64,000 nucleotides of DNA from assembly GCA_049592035.1 (NCBI GenBank), contig JBAWFQ010000127.1, positions 68 to 64,067 on the forward strand, in the 5' to 3' direction. Below, piece after piece: positions 56,511 through 64,000 of this stretch. Positions within the stretch are counted from its first letter, which is position 1. Each line of letters starts with the position of its first letter. Source of the stretch: Terriglobales bacterium. GTDB taxonomy: Bacteria; Acidobacteriota; Terriglobia; Terriglobales; Acidobacteriaceae. The position numbers were made by a program, and so were the translations under genes. Under the pieces are notes generated by a model. It had not been told where the DNA came from, ran no database searches, and was given only the letters and a program-made list of their open reading frames with translations.

Positions 56511-56944
56511 CAGCTATAGACGCCGTAGGCAATGCGCCCGAGAATGTTTTCCACTTCCCTGACCCCCAAGTCGGTGTCAAGTTGATCGATGGGAACCTGG
56601 CCTCCGAGCGCGCGATTGGGGGTTCGAAGCCATTCCGCAGCCTTGCCGGTGTTGCCGATCATTTCAACCGCAGTGGCGTAAACCCGCGCCAGGCGCACGG
56701 TGCGGTCGGACTCGGCGGCGGTGAGGCGGGAGTGCCGGCTCAGGCGTCGAGTCAAAGTTCGCTGCGGGATGCCGAGCTTTTTGGAAAGCGCGGCGCTCTT
56801 GAGATCGAGCTTCGCTCCCAGTACGAGGAGAGAGCTCGAGGGTAACCCTTTGCGGATCAACTCCGCCAGTTCGGCGAAATTCTTAATCGAGCGTCCCAGG
56901 ACTTTTCTGCCTCCTAGTACCTCGGCGATTCCCGCTGAAGTCAT
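56510..56944 (-). CDS. Xre/MbcA/ParS-type antitoxin (HTH + DUF2384-like C-terminal domain)
   Basis: Start taken at ATG 56944. LSKKLGIPQRTLTRRLSRHSRLTAAESDRTVRLARVYATAVEMIGNTGKAAEWLRTPNRALGGQVPIDQLDTDLGVREVENILGRIAYGVYS is the canonical partner of RES toxins. Confidence 0.8.
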   Translation of the reverse strand: MTSAGIAEVLGGRKVLGRSIKNFAELAELIRKGLPSSSLLVLGAKLDLKSAALSKKLGIPQRTLTRRLSRHSRLTAAESDRTVRLARVYATAVEMIGNTGKAAEWLRTPNRALGGQVPIDQLDTDLGVREVENILGRIAYGVYS

Positions 56945-57005
56945 ACTAGCCTCTTGGCTATTTAGAATACGCCAATTGGCCTGACAATACAAGCCCGTGC
57001 CTGAG

Positions 57006-57228
57006 CAGGCTGCTGAAAAATTTAACTTTTGACGTTGTTTCGAAAACGATGGGTGCCCCATCCTTGCGCGTTTTTTTGCGCAAGGGTGGGATTCCACGGC
57101 AGTGTCCGCCTAGGTTTTTGCATTTTCCGCTTGATTTTGCATTTGCTTTTGCTTCTGCTTTTGGGTGGCGCAGCGGTTTACCGCTGCGATAACTGGCCGG
57201 TTTGCATCGACGGCTTTAGCCGCTGAGG
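57006..57228. repeat. Composite REP-like region, family D (copy 1)
   Basis: ggctgctgaaaaattt; 12-bp hairpin ccatccttgcgc-gttttttt-gcgcaagggtgg (57058-57089); core cttttgggtggcgcagcgg-ttta-ccgctgcgataac...ggctttagccgctg (57157-57228), shared with 62494-62565. Confidence 0.65.
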
Positions 57229-57237
57229 GCGCCATCG

Positions 57238-57738
57238 CTACGCGCTTTCGCGGATGGGACCCGACGCTGTTGGCGAAGCTGATTTCAGGTGATCCGCGCC
57301 TCGTACTTCCCAGACTCCGTCGAACTTTACGAAATAGGGTTCGACCGAAACGCCGGGGAAGTTGGAGGTGAGAAGTTCGCCAGCCCGTAAGAGTTCGGTG
57401 CGGTGATGGTCGGCTTCAGCTACCTGGTCGCCTTTGAAATGCGCCAGTCCTCCATAAGTGGCGCAATCGGAGTGGCTCATTACCAGAACGCGCTTCGTCT
57501 GGTGCAGGCGGATGGACATGCGGACCTGCTCGAGAATGAAGTCTTGCTCGAAGTCGTTGCGCGGAGAAGCCAGGGTCTTGGCGCCTCCGGCTACTACGAT
57601 CATGTCGGCGCGCTCGATGGCTTGCTTCTTCAGGAACTTTCGCACGGCGGTGCTGATGCGGTGATCGAAGCAGCAGAGCACGGCAGCGTCGGCCACGTAC
57701 GGGTCGGCGGGAGAGTCGAAATGGAAGATTTTGCGCAT
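57238..57738 (-). CDS. Small beta-class carbonic-anhydrase-like protein (Cab-type size)
   Basis: Start taken at ATG 57738 (166 aa). CCFDHRIS (C-x-D-x-R) and LVMSHSDCATYGG (H-x-x-C) match the beta-CA zinc-ligand pattern and spacing. Confidence 0.4.
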   Translation of the reverse strand: MRKIFHFDSPADPYVADAAVLCCFDHRISTAVRKFLKKQAIERADMIVVAGGAKTLASPRNDFEQDFILEQVRMSIRLHQTKRVLVMSHSDCATYGGLAHFKGDQVAEADHHRTELLRAGELLTSNFPGVSVEPYFVKFDGVWEVRGADHLKSASPTASGPIRESA

Positions 57739-57764
57739 GAGAGCCTTTTCGATTCTAGCTACGG

Positions 57765-59474
57765 TCAGGCGGATTTGTGCGGGAGGTTCAAGATCCAACC
57801 CGCAATTTTTTCCATCGCTACGGGCGACATGGTTTCCTCGATCTCGGAGTACTCGCTGAGCGCGCTGGTCTTGGCCGTCTGGAACAGGTGATTCAGGCCG
57901 GGCAGTTCGTCGACTTCGAAGTTCTTGTTGCCGGCTTCGGCGAGGGTTTTGCGAATGACGGGAAGGTTCTGTTTTGGCGGCACCTGCAAATCTTTTTCGC
58001 CAATCAGGGCCAGCACGGGGCAAGTCACCTTTCGCAGCGCGGTCGCGGGATCGTAGGTGAGGAAGTAACGGAACCAAGGCGAAGTTAGGGTTTTGATTTG
58101 CGCCCCAAGCTGCGCTTCCGTAAGTTTCCCATCTAGCTTCTCGTGTAACTCTTTTTCCAGCACGGCGTCATCTTTTTCGTGCTCCACCAGCGCCAGCACC
58201 TCGCGCTCCTCGGCGGCGTTCTTTTCCGCTTCTTCGGAGCTGGTGCCGGCGGCTTCGGAAATCAGGATTCCCTGGGCCACCACAATCTCGTCTCCCGGCA
58301 CGCCAGAACCCGCCATCATCACGACGAAGGCGACATCAGGATTTTGCGCGGCGGCCATGGGCGCGACGATTCCGCCTTCGCTGTGGCCGATAAGGCCAAT
58401 GCGATGGGGATCAACCTCGGGACGCATTTTCAGGTAGGCCACGCCGGCGTCAGCGTCAGCCGCAAAGTCCACCATGGTCGCAGCGGCATAGTTTCCGTTG
58501 GACTTGGCGCAACCACGTTTGTCGGTTCGCAATACGACAATGCCCTTGCGGGTCAGAAAATCGGCCAACACGAGAAATGGTTTGTGACCCATGATGCTTT
58601 CGTCGCGGTCGTGGGGCCCGGAGCCGGTGATCAAGAGCACGGCGGGGAACGGTCCCTTGCCTGGAGGCGCGGTTAGTGTTGCCGCTAGCGTGATACCCGC
58701 GGCTTTGTTGTCGAACGAGACTTCTTCCTCTTTGTATGGATAGGGCTTTACCGGGTTCTGCGGACGCCGGCGCTCGAGTTCACTGGTGTCTTTTATGCGC
58801 TTGAGGGTCAGGGGCAGCGAGTTTCCCATCTGGGTCCACGTGCCATCGACGATGCTCAGGTCGCTGCTGATCTTGCCTTCGAAATTACCGGCGATGGATT
58901 TCACTTCCAATTTTATAGACGCGCCCTCGCGCGTCGCGGCGGTTACCGGGATTCCATTTTTGCCTTGATCCAGGCTGTCGAGCGTGGCCACTAGACCGTC
59001 TTCGGTGTTGGTGATGTGGAAGACCACGCGGAGTTTCACCGCGCCAGTGTCGAGCGTGCCCAGCCATGCGCCATCGATGTCGGACGGTTTGGCGGCCTTG
59101 TGCTCGGTTTTGACGGGCGCGGCCGCGCGTTTGAAACTCAGCGCCAGGGACTGGCCTTGCGTCCATGTCCCGCTGATCTCGTTTGCGTCGGCGGAGACTT
59201 TGCCTTCGTAGGTGCCGTGGACGGCATCTACGGTAAAGTTCAACTTCGAATCTTCTAGCGATATCGAAGTTACGGGAATTCCGTTGGCCCCCTGATCGAC
59301 GCTGTCGAGCGTGGCTTTGAGGCTGCCGTCAGCGTTCTTGGCAACGTGCAGAACCAGGCGAAGCTCGGCGCCGCCTGCTTTGAGTGTGCCCTGCCAATCG
59401 CCCGCCATGTTCTGGGCCGACGACAGGCCCACCCCGCAGAAAGCAAGAACTGCACAAACCAGTACTCTTTGCAC
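57765..59474 (-). CDS. Secreted alpha/beta hydrolase (S9/dienelactone-hydrolase-like) with two N-terminal ~95-aa lipocalin-like repeats
   Basis: AAGGAG-N8-GTG at 59474 gives the signal peptide (M)QRVLVCAVLAFCGVGLSSAQN. Duplicated module GDWQGTL...LDSVDQGANGIPVT / GAWLGTL...LDSLDQGKNGIPVT. Nucleophile elbow GLIGHSEGG. Confidence 0.75.
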   Translation of the reverse strand: MQRVLVCAVLAFCGVGLSSAQNMAGDWQGTLKAGGAELRLVLHVAKNADGSLKATLDSVDQGANGIPVTSISLEDSKLNFTVDAVHGTYEGKVSADANEISGTWTQGQSLALSFKRAAAPVKTEHKAAKPSDIDGAWLGTLDTGAVKLRVVFHITNTEDGLVATLDSLDQGKNGIPVTAATREGASIKLEVKSIAGNFEGKISSDLSIVDGTWTQMGNSLPLTLKRIKDTSELERRRPQNPVKPYPYKEEEVSFDNKAAGITLAATLTAPPGKGPFPAVLLITGSGPHDRDESIMGHKPFLVLADFLTRKGIVVLRTDKRGCAKSNGNYAAATMVDFAADADAGVAYLKMRPEVDPHRIGLIGHSEGGIVAPMAAAQNPDVAFVVMMAGSGVPGDEIVVAQGILISEAAGTSSEEAEKNAAEEREVLALVEHEKDDAVLEKELHEKLDGKLTEAQLGAQIKTLTSPWFRYFLTYDPATALRKVTCPVLALIGEKDLQVPPKQNLPVIRKTLAEAGNKNFEVDELPGLNHLFQTAKTSALSEYSEIEETMSPVAMEKIAGWILNLPHKSA

Positions 59475-59661
59475 GTCAGATGCTCCTTTCAGAAATAATT
59501 CGTTCGATGGGACCGGCCCCATCGCCATTACGGATGAGCCGACCATTTAGTTGCAGGGCGCTTTCAGCACTTCGATTCTCTGGTGGCTCTCTGACGACAT
59601 CTCCCGATCAAGCACCTGGGCGGACGTCTTCCCCGCTCCGGTATCGGGCCTAACTTCGGGC

Positions 59662-59754
59662 CTAACTAAGGCGCTTCCATAGCAAAGCCACGATGAGCGC
59701 GGCGATGCCGATGAGCATCCCAATCAAACGGGCGTTGTTCGCTTTTTCCGACAT
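59662..59754 (-). CDS. Candidate 30-aa single-TM peptide directly downstream of pspA
   Basis: Own translation: MSEKANNARLIGMLIGIAALIVALLWKRLS*. The ATG lies 8 nt after the pspA stop (tGAGGcaaatcATG gives a GAGG SD). Below the 60-aa cutoff of the ORF track. Confidence 0.4.
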   Translation of the reverse strand: MSEKANNARLIGMLIGIAALIVALLWKRLS

Positions 59755-59762
59755 GATTTGCC

Positions 59763-60422
59763 TCAAGCTCCGCGCTTGGTTTTCAGTTCGGTCAACAGCT
59801 GCTCGATGCGGTCTTCCTTTTCGAGGGCGGCGAGGCGGTTCTCCACGTCGTCGGCCAGGAGTTGGACTTTGGCCTCCCCGATGGCTTCTTCGCGAGCTAC
59901 TTTTTTCTTCATGCGATCGAAGGTGGCGGATTTGCTGTTGGCGTCCATGCCCGACTGCGCGTCGGTGGCGCGATGGGCGACGCGGGCGCGGCGGTGCTGC
60001 GCGATCAGCAGATCGGCTTTGGCGTTGGCCTCGGCTAGCTTCTGGTCGAGATTGCGCAGGGCGGATTTTAAATTTTCTACCTGGGCTTTCTGGTCTTCGA
60101 GTTGCTGCGCGAAGTTTAAGCTCAGGTCGCGATAACTTTCCACGCGGAGCAGAGCAGCGCGGGCGAGGTCATCTTGCTTCTTGTCGACGGCTAGCTCGGC
60201 CTTGCGCATCCACTCCTTAATCTTGTCATCGTTTTCTAGTTTCTTTTTTTCGAGCAGATGCTGGTCGGCGATGGCAATGGCGACCTGGGTTTTCACCTGC
60301 AAGAGTTGGTTGTTCATGTCGAGGATGACCTGCTTGATCATCTTTTCGGGCTCCTCAGCTTTGTCGATCAAGTCGTTGAGATTAGCCCGGACCAGGGTGG
60401 AAACGCGTTCGAGTAATGCCAT
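59763..60422 (-). CDS. pspA: PspA/IM30 family protein (phage shock protein A)
   Basis: MALLERVSTLVRANLNDLIDKAEEPEKMIKQVILDMNNQL... and a coiled coil throughout. 219 aa. Confidence 0.9.
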   Translation of the reverse strand: MALLERVSTLVRANLNDLIDKAEEPEKMIKQVILDMNNQLLQVKTQVAIAIADQHLLEKKKLENDDKIKEWMRKAELAVDKKQDDLARAALLRVESYRDLSLNFAQQLEDQKAQVENLKSALRNLDQKLAEANAKADLLIAQHRRARVAHRATDAQSGMDANSKSATFDRMKKKVAREEAIGEAKVQLLADDVENRLAALEKEDRIEQLLTELKTKRGA

Positions 60423-60447
60423 AAAACACCTCGTGTTGAATTGTTCG

Positions 60448-60675
60448 TTAGTTGTTAGTCGTTGGTCGATGGTCGTTCGTCGTTCGCTGTTCGTCGTTCG
60501 CGCCGGGACCCTCAGGCTTCGCGCTGAAGCCGCCGCGCGCGATGGCGGTTCCCACCAGGATTGCGCTTACCGCAATGCCTACGCTGACGTTGATATTGGC
60601 GTGCGCGAAGAGCAGTGCGATCGCAGCACCTAGGGAAACACCGACTGCGATTGAGATTCCGATGATGCGGTTCAT
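60448..60675 (-). CDS. Small glycine-zipper-type membrane protein
   Basis: Start taken at MNRIIGISIAVGVSLGAAIALLFAHANINVSVGIAVSAILVGTAIARGG... (agagg upstream). The hydrophilic tail ...NDEQRTTNDHRPTTNN is encoded by a degenerate GTTCGTC-type low-complexity tract. Confidence 0.5.
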   Translation of the reverse strand: MNRIIGISIAVGVSLGAAIALLFAHANINVSVGIAVSAILVGTAIARGGFSAKPEGPGANDEQRTTNDHRPTTNN

Positions 60676-60725
60676 ATTCAGCCTCTTTGCTCCTGAGCTC
60701 AGTTTGCGTTGCATGACGGCGACAT

Positions 60726-60905
60726 TTATTTACTGCGGTCGTCGTTCCAGGCGCCGCCGACCAGCGTGATTGCAATGTAGGCTGCGATTCCTACGGCGAC
60801 CCAGATGGCGATGTGGCCGGTAGCAGCCCCGAGAGCCGCACCCATGGCGGCTCCTAGGGCGACCGAGAGGCCTAGTGATCTTGCGTGATGAAGTTCCTGT
60901 TGCAC
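60726..60905 (-). CDS. Candidate 59-aa glycine-zipper membrane protein
   Basis: Own translation from GTG 60905 (GGAGG 5 nt upstream): (M)QQELHHARSLGLSVALGAAMGAALGAATGHIAIWVAVGIAAYIAITLVGGAWNDDRSK*. One residue below the ORF-track cutoff. Confidence 0.5.
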   Translation of the reverse strand: MQQELHHARSLGLSVALGAAMGAALGAATGHIAIWVAVGIAAYIAITLVGGAWNDDRSK

Positions 60906-60932
60906 GACTACCTCCTGAAATCGGTCGTTGTT

Positions 60933-60996
60933 GTGGAGCGCCGGGCGTCCCCGCCCGGCGGCGGTGCGGGACGGGCGCGGACGCCCGTCTCTCCAC
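60933..60996. repeat. GC-rich nested hairpin element between flotillin and the small membrane genes
   Basis: Outer arms gtggag/ctccac enclose ccgggcg-tccc-cgcccgg (60941-60958) and gacgggcg-cgga-cgcccgtc (60970-60989). Confidence 0.5.
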
Positions 60997-60999
60997 TTG

Positions 61000-62424
61000 T
61001 TACTTCTCCTCCGGCTTCGGTGCTTTGTCGCCGATGTGGCGGACTTTGTCTAAGAGCTCTCCTAACGGCATGCCGCTTAGCGTTTCGAATAGCGCCGGCA
61101 CTTGTGCCGCCATCTTTGTTATGTCGCCGGTGATCTTGTTCAGTCCGGCGGTGTCGCCGTTTCCGGTCGAAACGATGGTGATCTTATCCACGTTGGCTAG
61201 TGGCGCGGCCAGGGCTTTCACCACTTCCGGCAAGCCGGTTAGCAGCTTGTCAAGGACTGCGGCCTGGTTGTACTCCTGAAACGCCGCAGCTTTCACGTTC
61301 ATGGCTTTGGCTTCGGCTTCACCTTTTTTGAAGATGATTTCGGCCTCCGCTTCGCCCTGAGCTCGAATCGCTGAGGCGTGGCCTTCGGCTTCGGCGATCA
61401 GACGTTGCTTCTCTGCGGCGGCCAGGGTTTCGATGCGCTGACGCTCGATTTCGGCTTGCTTCAACACCGTCGCGATGAGTTCTTTTTCGCGGCGCGCGAT
61501 TTCGGCGTCCTGGACTTTAACCTGTCCTTCTTTTTCGACTTGCTGCACGCGCACGCTTTCGGTGATGACCTGCTGCTGCATCACGTTCGATTGAATGTCA
61601 TACGACTTATCCGCTTGCGCCTGCTGCTTTTTCGTCACTTCGAGGTACTGCGCTTTCTTGACCTCCAAATCGCGCTGTGACTCGGCCTGCTTCGCCTGAG
61701 ACAGAGTTTCGGCGAGCACGCGCTCCTGATCGGCTTGCGCTTTGGCAACCGCGGCCTCGCGGGTTGCCATGGCGCGCTTGATGGCGGTGTCACGCTCGGC
61801 TTCGGCGGTGGCTACGTCGGCGTCGCGCTTGATGCGGGCTACGTCGGGCTTGCCCATGTTGGTGATGTATTCGTTCTTGTCGCGGACCTCTTTGATGGTG
61901 AAAGAGATGACTTCGAGGCCCATCTTGTTCATGTCGTCGGCGCAGGTGCCACGCATGCGATCGCCAACCATCTCGGGTTGCTTCACGATTTCTTCCACCG
62001 TGAGCTGTCCAATGATGCCGCGGAGATGGCCTTCCATCACCAGGCGGATCAAGCTTTCTCGCTCCTGATCGCTTTTGGTTAAGAACTGCTCGGCTGCGGT
62101 CAGGATCGACTCCTTGTCGGACTTCACCTTGATTTGCGCGACAGCCTCAACGGTGACGGCGACGCCCTGCTTGGTGTAGAGATCCTGTTGCGGGGCTACG
62201 TCGAACGACATCAGTTCGAGCGAAAGGTCCTTGCAGTTTTCGATCATCGGAAAGATGACCGTGCCGTGTCCCTGAACTACGCGAGTCCCGCGAAAGCCGT
62301 AAACGATCAGCGCTTCATGTGGTCCAGCTTTGCGGTATAAGCGGGCCAGCATGCTCATCAGGAACAGGATGATCAGAACCATCAGTCCCGCGATGACCCA
62401 GATTTCAATTGCTATGCCGAACAT
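61000..62424 (-). CDS. Flotillin (SPFH/Band 7 domain + long flotillin coiled-coil repeats)
   Basis: N-terminal hairpin TM, SPFH core (YRKAGPHEALIVYG...VTVEAVAQIKV...HLRGIIGQLTVEEI), then EA-rich repeats (AEAEGHASAIRAQGEAEAEIIFKKGEAEAKA). 474 aa. Confidence 0.9.
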   Translation of the reverse strand: MFGIAIEIWVIAGLMVLIILFLMSMLARLYRKAGPHEALIVYGFRGTRVVQGHGTVIFPMIENCKDLSLELMSFDVAPQQDLYTKQGVAVTVEAVAQIKVKSDKESILTAAEQFLTKSDQERESLIRLVMEGHLRGIIGQLTVEEIVKQPEMVGDRMRGTCADDMNKMGLEVISFTIKEVRDKNEYITNMGKPDVARIKRDADVATAEAERDTAIKRAMATREAAVAKAQADQERVLAETLSQAKQAESQRDLEVKKAQYLEVTKKQQAQADKSYDIQSNVMQQQVITESVRVQQVEKEGQVKVQDAEIARREKELIATVLKQAEIERQRIETLAAAEKQRLIAEAEGHASAIRAQGEAEAEIIFKKGEAEAKAMNVKAAAFQEYNQAAVLDKLLTGLPEVVKALAAPLANVDKITIVSTGNGDTAGLNKITGDITKMAAQVPALFETLSGMPLGELLDKVRHIGDKAPKPEEK

Positions 62425-62431
62425 ATCGCCT

Positions 62432-62640
62432 CCTGAAAAACTCGTTGCCCTCAGCGGCTAAACAGATTGCTGAAAAACTCGATTTTGTTCTTGCTTTTGG
62501 GTGGCGCAGCGGTTTACCGCTGCGATAACCGTCGTATTTTCCGCGGCGGCTTTAGCCGCTGGGGGACGACAGCGCGGAGCCACCGAGTTTTTCAGCAAAT
62601 TGTAAAGTCACCTTCCACGACTGAAGTCGTGCCCTTCCCA
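62432..62640. repeat. Composite REP-like region, families D and E (copy 2)
   Basis: Nested palindrome: ccctcagcggctaaa...tttagccgctgggg and tgctgaaaaactcg...cgagtttttcagca around the core cttttgggtggcgcagcgg-ttta-ccgctgcgataac. Followed by cacgac-tgaa-gtcgtg cccttccc (family E). Confidence 0.7.
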
Positions 62641-62677
62641 AAAACCCGCATCCAGCGCGAGTTAAACCGCAGTTTGT

Positions 62678-63154
62678 TTAGCCACGCGTCAGAACGCCCG
62701 TTACCATGTCCAGGTCTCGCACGATGCGTTCGGGATCGCTGTGGCCCAGATAAATCTCTCCGTTAGAAGTCCGGATATGCACGACCTGGTTGCACCAAAC
62801 GTAGGCTCGCGTGCTGCCGATGCCGCGAATGCCATAACCGCGAGCAAAAGACCAGGGCTCGATGGAATAACCCACGATCGCCCCTTTCGGAATCGAGCGC
62901 AGCCGGAATCCCAACATGCGAATTTCAACACCATGCCGCAGGAAGCGATACTGGAACCCGCTCCATGCCATTGCGCTCACGCCCAGCGCGATCAGACCCA
63001 CCAGGATCGCCGTCCAGACGACCACCGGGGTCCGCCACCGTGGCTGCGACAATGAAATTGCCGGGCCGATCAGCGCCGGCACGATGAGCAGAATCCACAC
63101 TCGCCCCGTGTGCGTTTCTTCCGCCAACACATCGCTCTGGAATGCGTCGTTCAT
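62678..63154 (-). CDS. Two-TM membrane protein with a C-terminal PH-like (bPH-type) domain; unknown function
   Basis: TMs VWILLIVPALIGPAISL and VVVWTAILVGLIALGVSAMAW, then a beta-rich ~85-aa domain (GVEIRMLGFRLRSIPKGAIVGYSIEPW...VHIRTSNGEIYLGHSDPERIVRDL). The domain call is tentative. Confidence 0.45.
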   Translation of the reverse strand: MNDAFQSDVLAEETHTGRVWILLIVPALIGPAISLSQPRWRTPVVVWTAILVGLIALGVSAMAWSGFQYRFLRHGVEIRMLGFRLRSIPKGAIVGYSIEPWSFARGYGIRGIGSTRAYVWCNQVVHIRTSNGEIYLGHSDPERIVRDLDMVTGVLTRG

Positions 63155-63178
63155 AATTCAGCGCGCCGCTGTCATTCC

Positions 63179-63802
63179 TCAATTCTGTGGCGCTGGCTCT
63201 TCGCCGCTCATCTCTTCCCACAGCCGCACGTAAGCAATGCCTTTGTCGTAATGCGTGACCACAATCTCCGCGCCCTTTTCGATCGCGGCGCCGTTTTCGC
63301 TGCGGGCGCCGCAGGTTCTCCGCGTTCCGGCCTGCGAGTAAATGATTTCGCCGGTGCCGTCTTCGCGGATGGGCATTGAGATTCGCCCCAGCACGCCCAC
63401 CATCTCGTAGTCGGCCGAATCCATGTTCTCCTCGCGCGAGACGAGCACCCGGCTGAGAAACAGGAAAACGATGCCAGCACCAACCATCCCGGCAGCGATG
63501 GCGATCAGGAGTCCGAGCGCGAACCAGATGCTGGAGAAGCGCGTGATCAGAAATCCGGTGCCTCCGAACCAGGCCAGAAATGCGGTCAGCGTGACGAAGT
63601 TGTACGGCGACACGGAACCCTGGCGGGTATGCGCCGATGCTCCCCTCCCGCCATGGCCCACGGGTGCGTGCCCGGCTCCGACATGCCCGGCAGCGTTGGG
63701 GAAGTGGGGCAGGTGCCAGTGCATTCCTCCAGCGATGAACGAAACCGCGCTCAACAGAAATCCGATGGCGAAACATACCAGATAAAAATCAGCCCAATTC
63801 AT
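63179..63802 (-). CDS. NfeD family membrane protein (YuaF-like, C-terminal OB fold)
   Basis: Multi-TM N-terminus with a His/Gly-rich loop. C-terminal GVLGRISMPIREDGTGEIIYSQAGTRRTCGARSENGAAIEKGAEIVVTHYDKGIAYV is NfeD OB-domain-like. ATGA overlap with the upstream gene. Confidence 0.75.
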   Translation of the reverse strand: MNWADFYLVCFAIGFLLSAVSFIAGGMHWHLPHFPNAAGHVGAGHAPVGHGGRGASAHTRQGSVSPYNFVTLTAFLAWFGGTGFLITRFSSIWFALGLLIAIAAGMVGAGIVFLFLSRVLVSREENMDSADYEMVGVLGRISMPIREDGTGEIIYSQAGTRRTCGARSENGAAIEKGAEIVVTHYDKGIAYVRLWEEMSGEEPAPQN

Positions 63803-64000
63803 AAGCTTCGCCTCCTCGGCGCGACTCCGGTGTCGCGCCCAGCTTCCGGACGCAGCGCTTCGAATAATCGGTCGGCGAGTCCGGGTGTGTTCAGAATTTC
63901 GCCGAGCAAGAGCAGACAGCGGCGCGTGTCCTTGTCGCGCGCGACCTTGATCAGAACCTCGCTCACCTGGGGGTCGCTGGCGAAACGCTCCGAGCCTTGC
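63799..64000 (-). CDS. Hypothetical protein, C-terminal fragment (5' end outside the window)
   Basis: Own translation: ...GSERFASDPQVSEVLIKVARDKDTRRCLLLLGEILNTPGLADRLFEALRPEAGRDTGVAPRRRSL*. The stop is coupled (ATGA) to the nfeD start. Confidence 0.4.
   Translation of the reverse strand, partial: QGSERFASDPQVSEVLIKVARDKDTRRCLLLLGEILNTPGLADRLFEALRPEAGRDTGVAPRRRSL

Noticed and set aside
60440-60500. Degenerate GTTCGTC/GTTGGTC tandem tract, considered as a microsatellite or regulatory repeat
   Set aside because: It is in frame with the small membrane ORF and encodes its hydrophilic tail. I could not decide whether it is a repeat-family fragment, so it is noted only under the small-ORF finding.

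Overview
GC-rich bacterial chromosomal segment. The gene content looks like Acidobacteriota (Terriglobia-like): giant CarboxypepD_reg-type TonB-dependent barrels, a PEP-CTERM protein, Cys-rich all-beta lipoproteins and many REP-like palindromes. That lineage call is inference; no search was run, and all product names come from reading motifs in the supplied translations and my own translations. Layout: (1) 1-24 kb is accessory-looking. It holds an ICMT-like gene, DinB, a sulfatase-like/TPR protein and a decayed arsenic-resistance islet: a 5'-truncated arsA, an intact arsR, an in-frame acr3'-'arsC chimera and an inverted frameshifted arsR copy. A minus-strand operon follows, with a 1539-aa Oar-like TonB-dependent-type barrel plus three lipoproteins. 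It lies divergent to a PstS-fold secreted protein, across an intergenic region carrying Pho-box-like direct repeats. After that come an alpha/beta hydrolase, a PEP-CTERM protein, an 8-blade Kelch lipoprotein and an orphan OmpR/PhoB regulator. (2) 24.8-37.7 kb holds a TetR gene with two palindromic operators facing a small membrane gene that carries an in-frame TGA. It also holds tRNA-Pro, a Tat-signal nitroreductase, MdtABC-type RND efflux, a 2H phosphoesterase, a UDP-sugar dehydrogenase and tRNA-His. (3) 37.7-55.8 kb is housekeeping: glsB-like, ispG, rseP, dxr, malic enzyme, cdsA, uppS, HtrA, ClC, Pal, DUF72, CAP and rmuC. REP-like palindromes have invaded this block; one supplies the uppS C-terminus and another sits inside a parE remnant. 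(4) 55.8-64 kb holds a vapB-like remnant, a RES-Xre toxin-antitoxin pair, a beta-carbonic-anhydrase-like protein and a hydrolase. It ends in a minus-strand membrane-stress cluster: NfeD, a PH-like membrane protein, flotillin, two small glycine-zipper proteins, PspA and a 30-aa peptide. The best candidates for an undescribed system are the barrel + three-lipoprotein operon (6.3-17.2 kb) and the NfeD-flotillin-PspA supercluster (59.7-63.8 kb). I saw no CRISPR array, rRNA, integrase or transposase.
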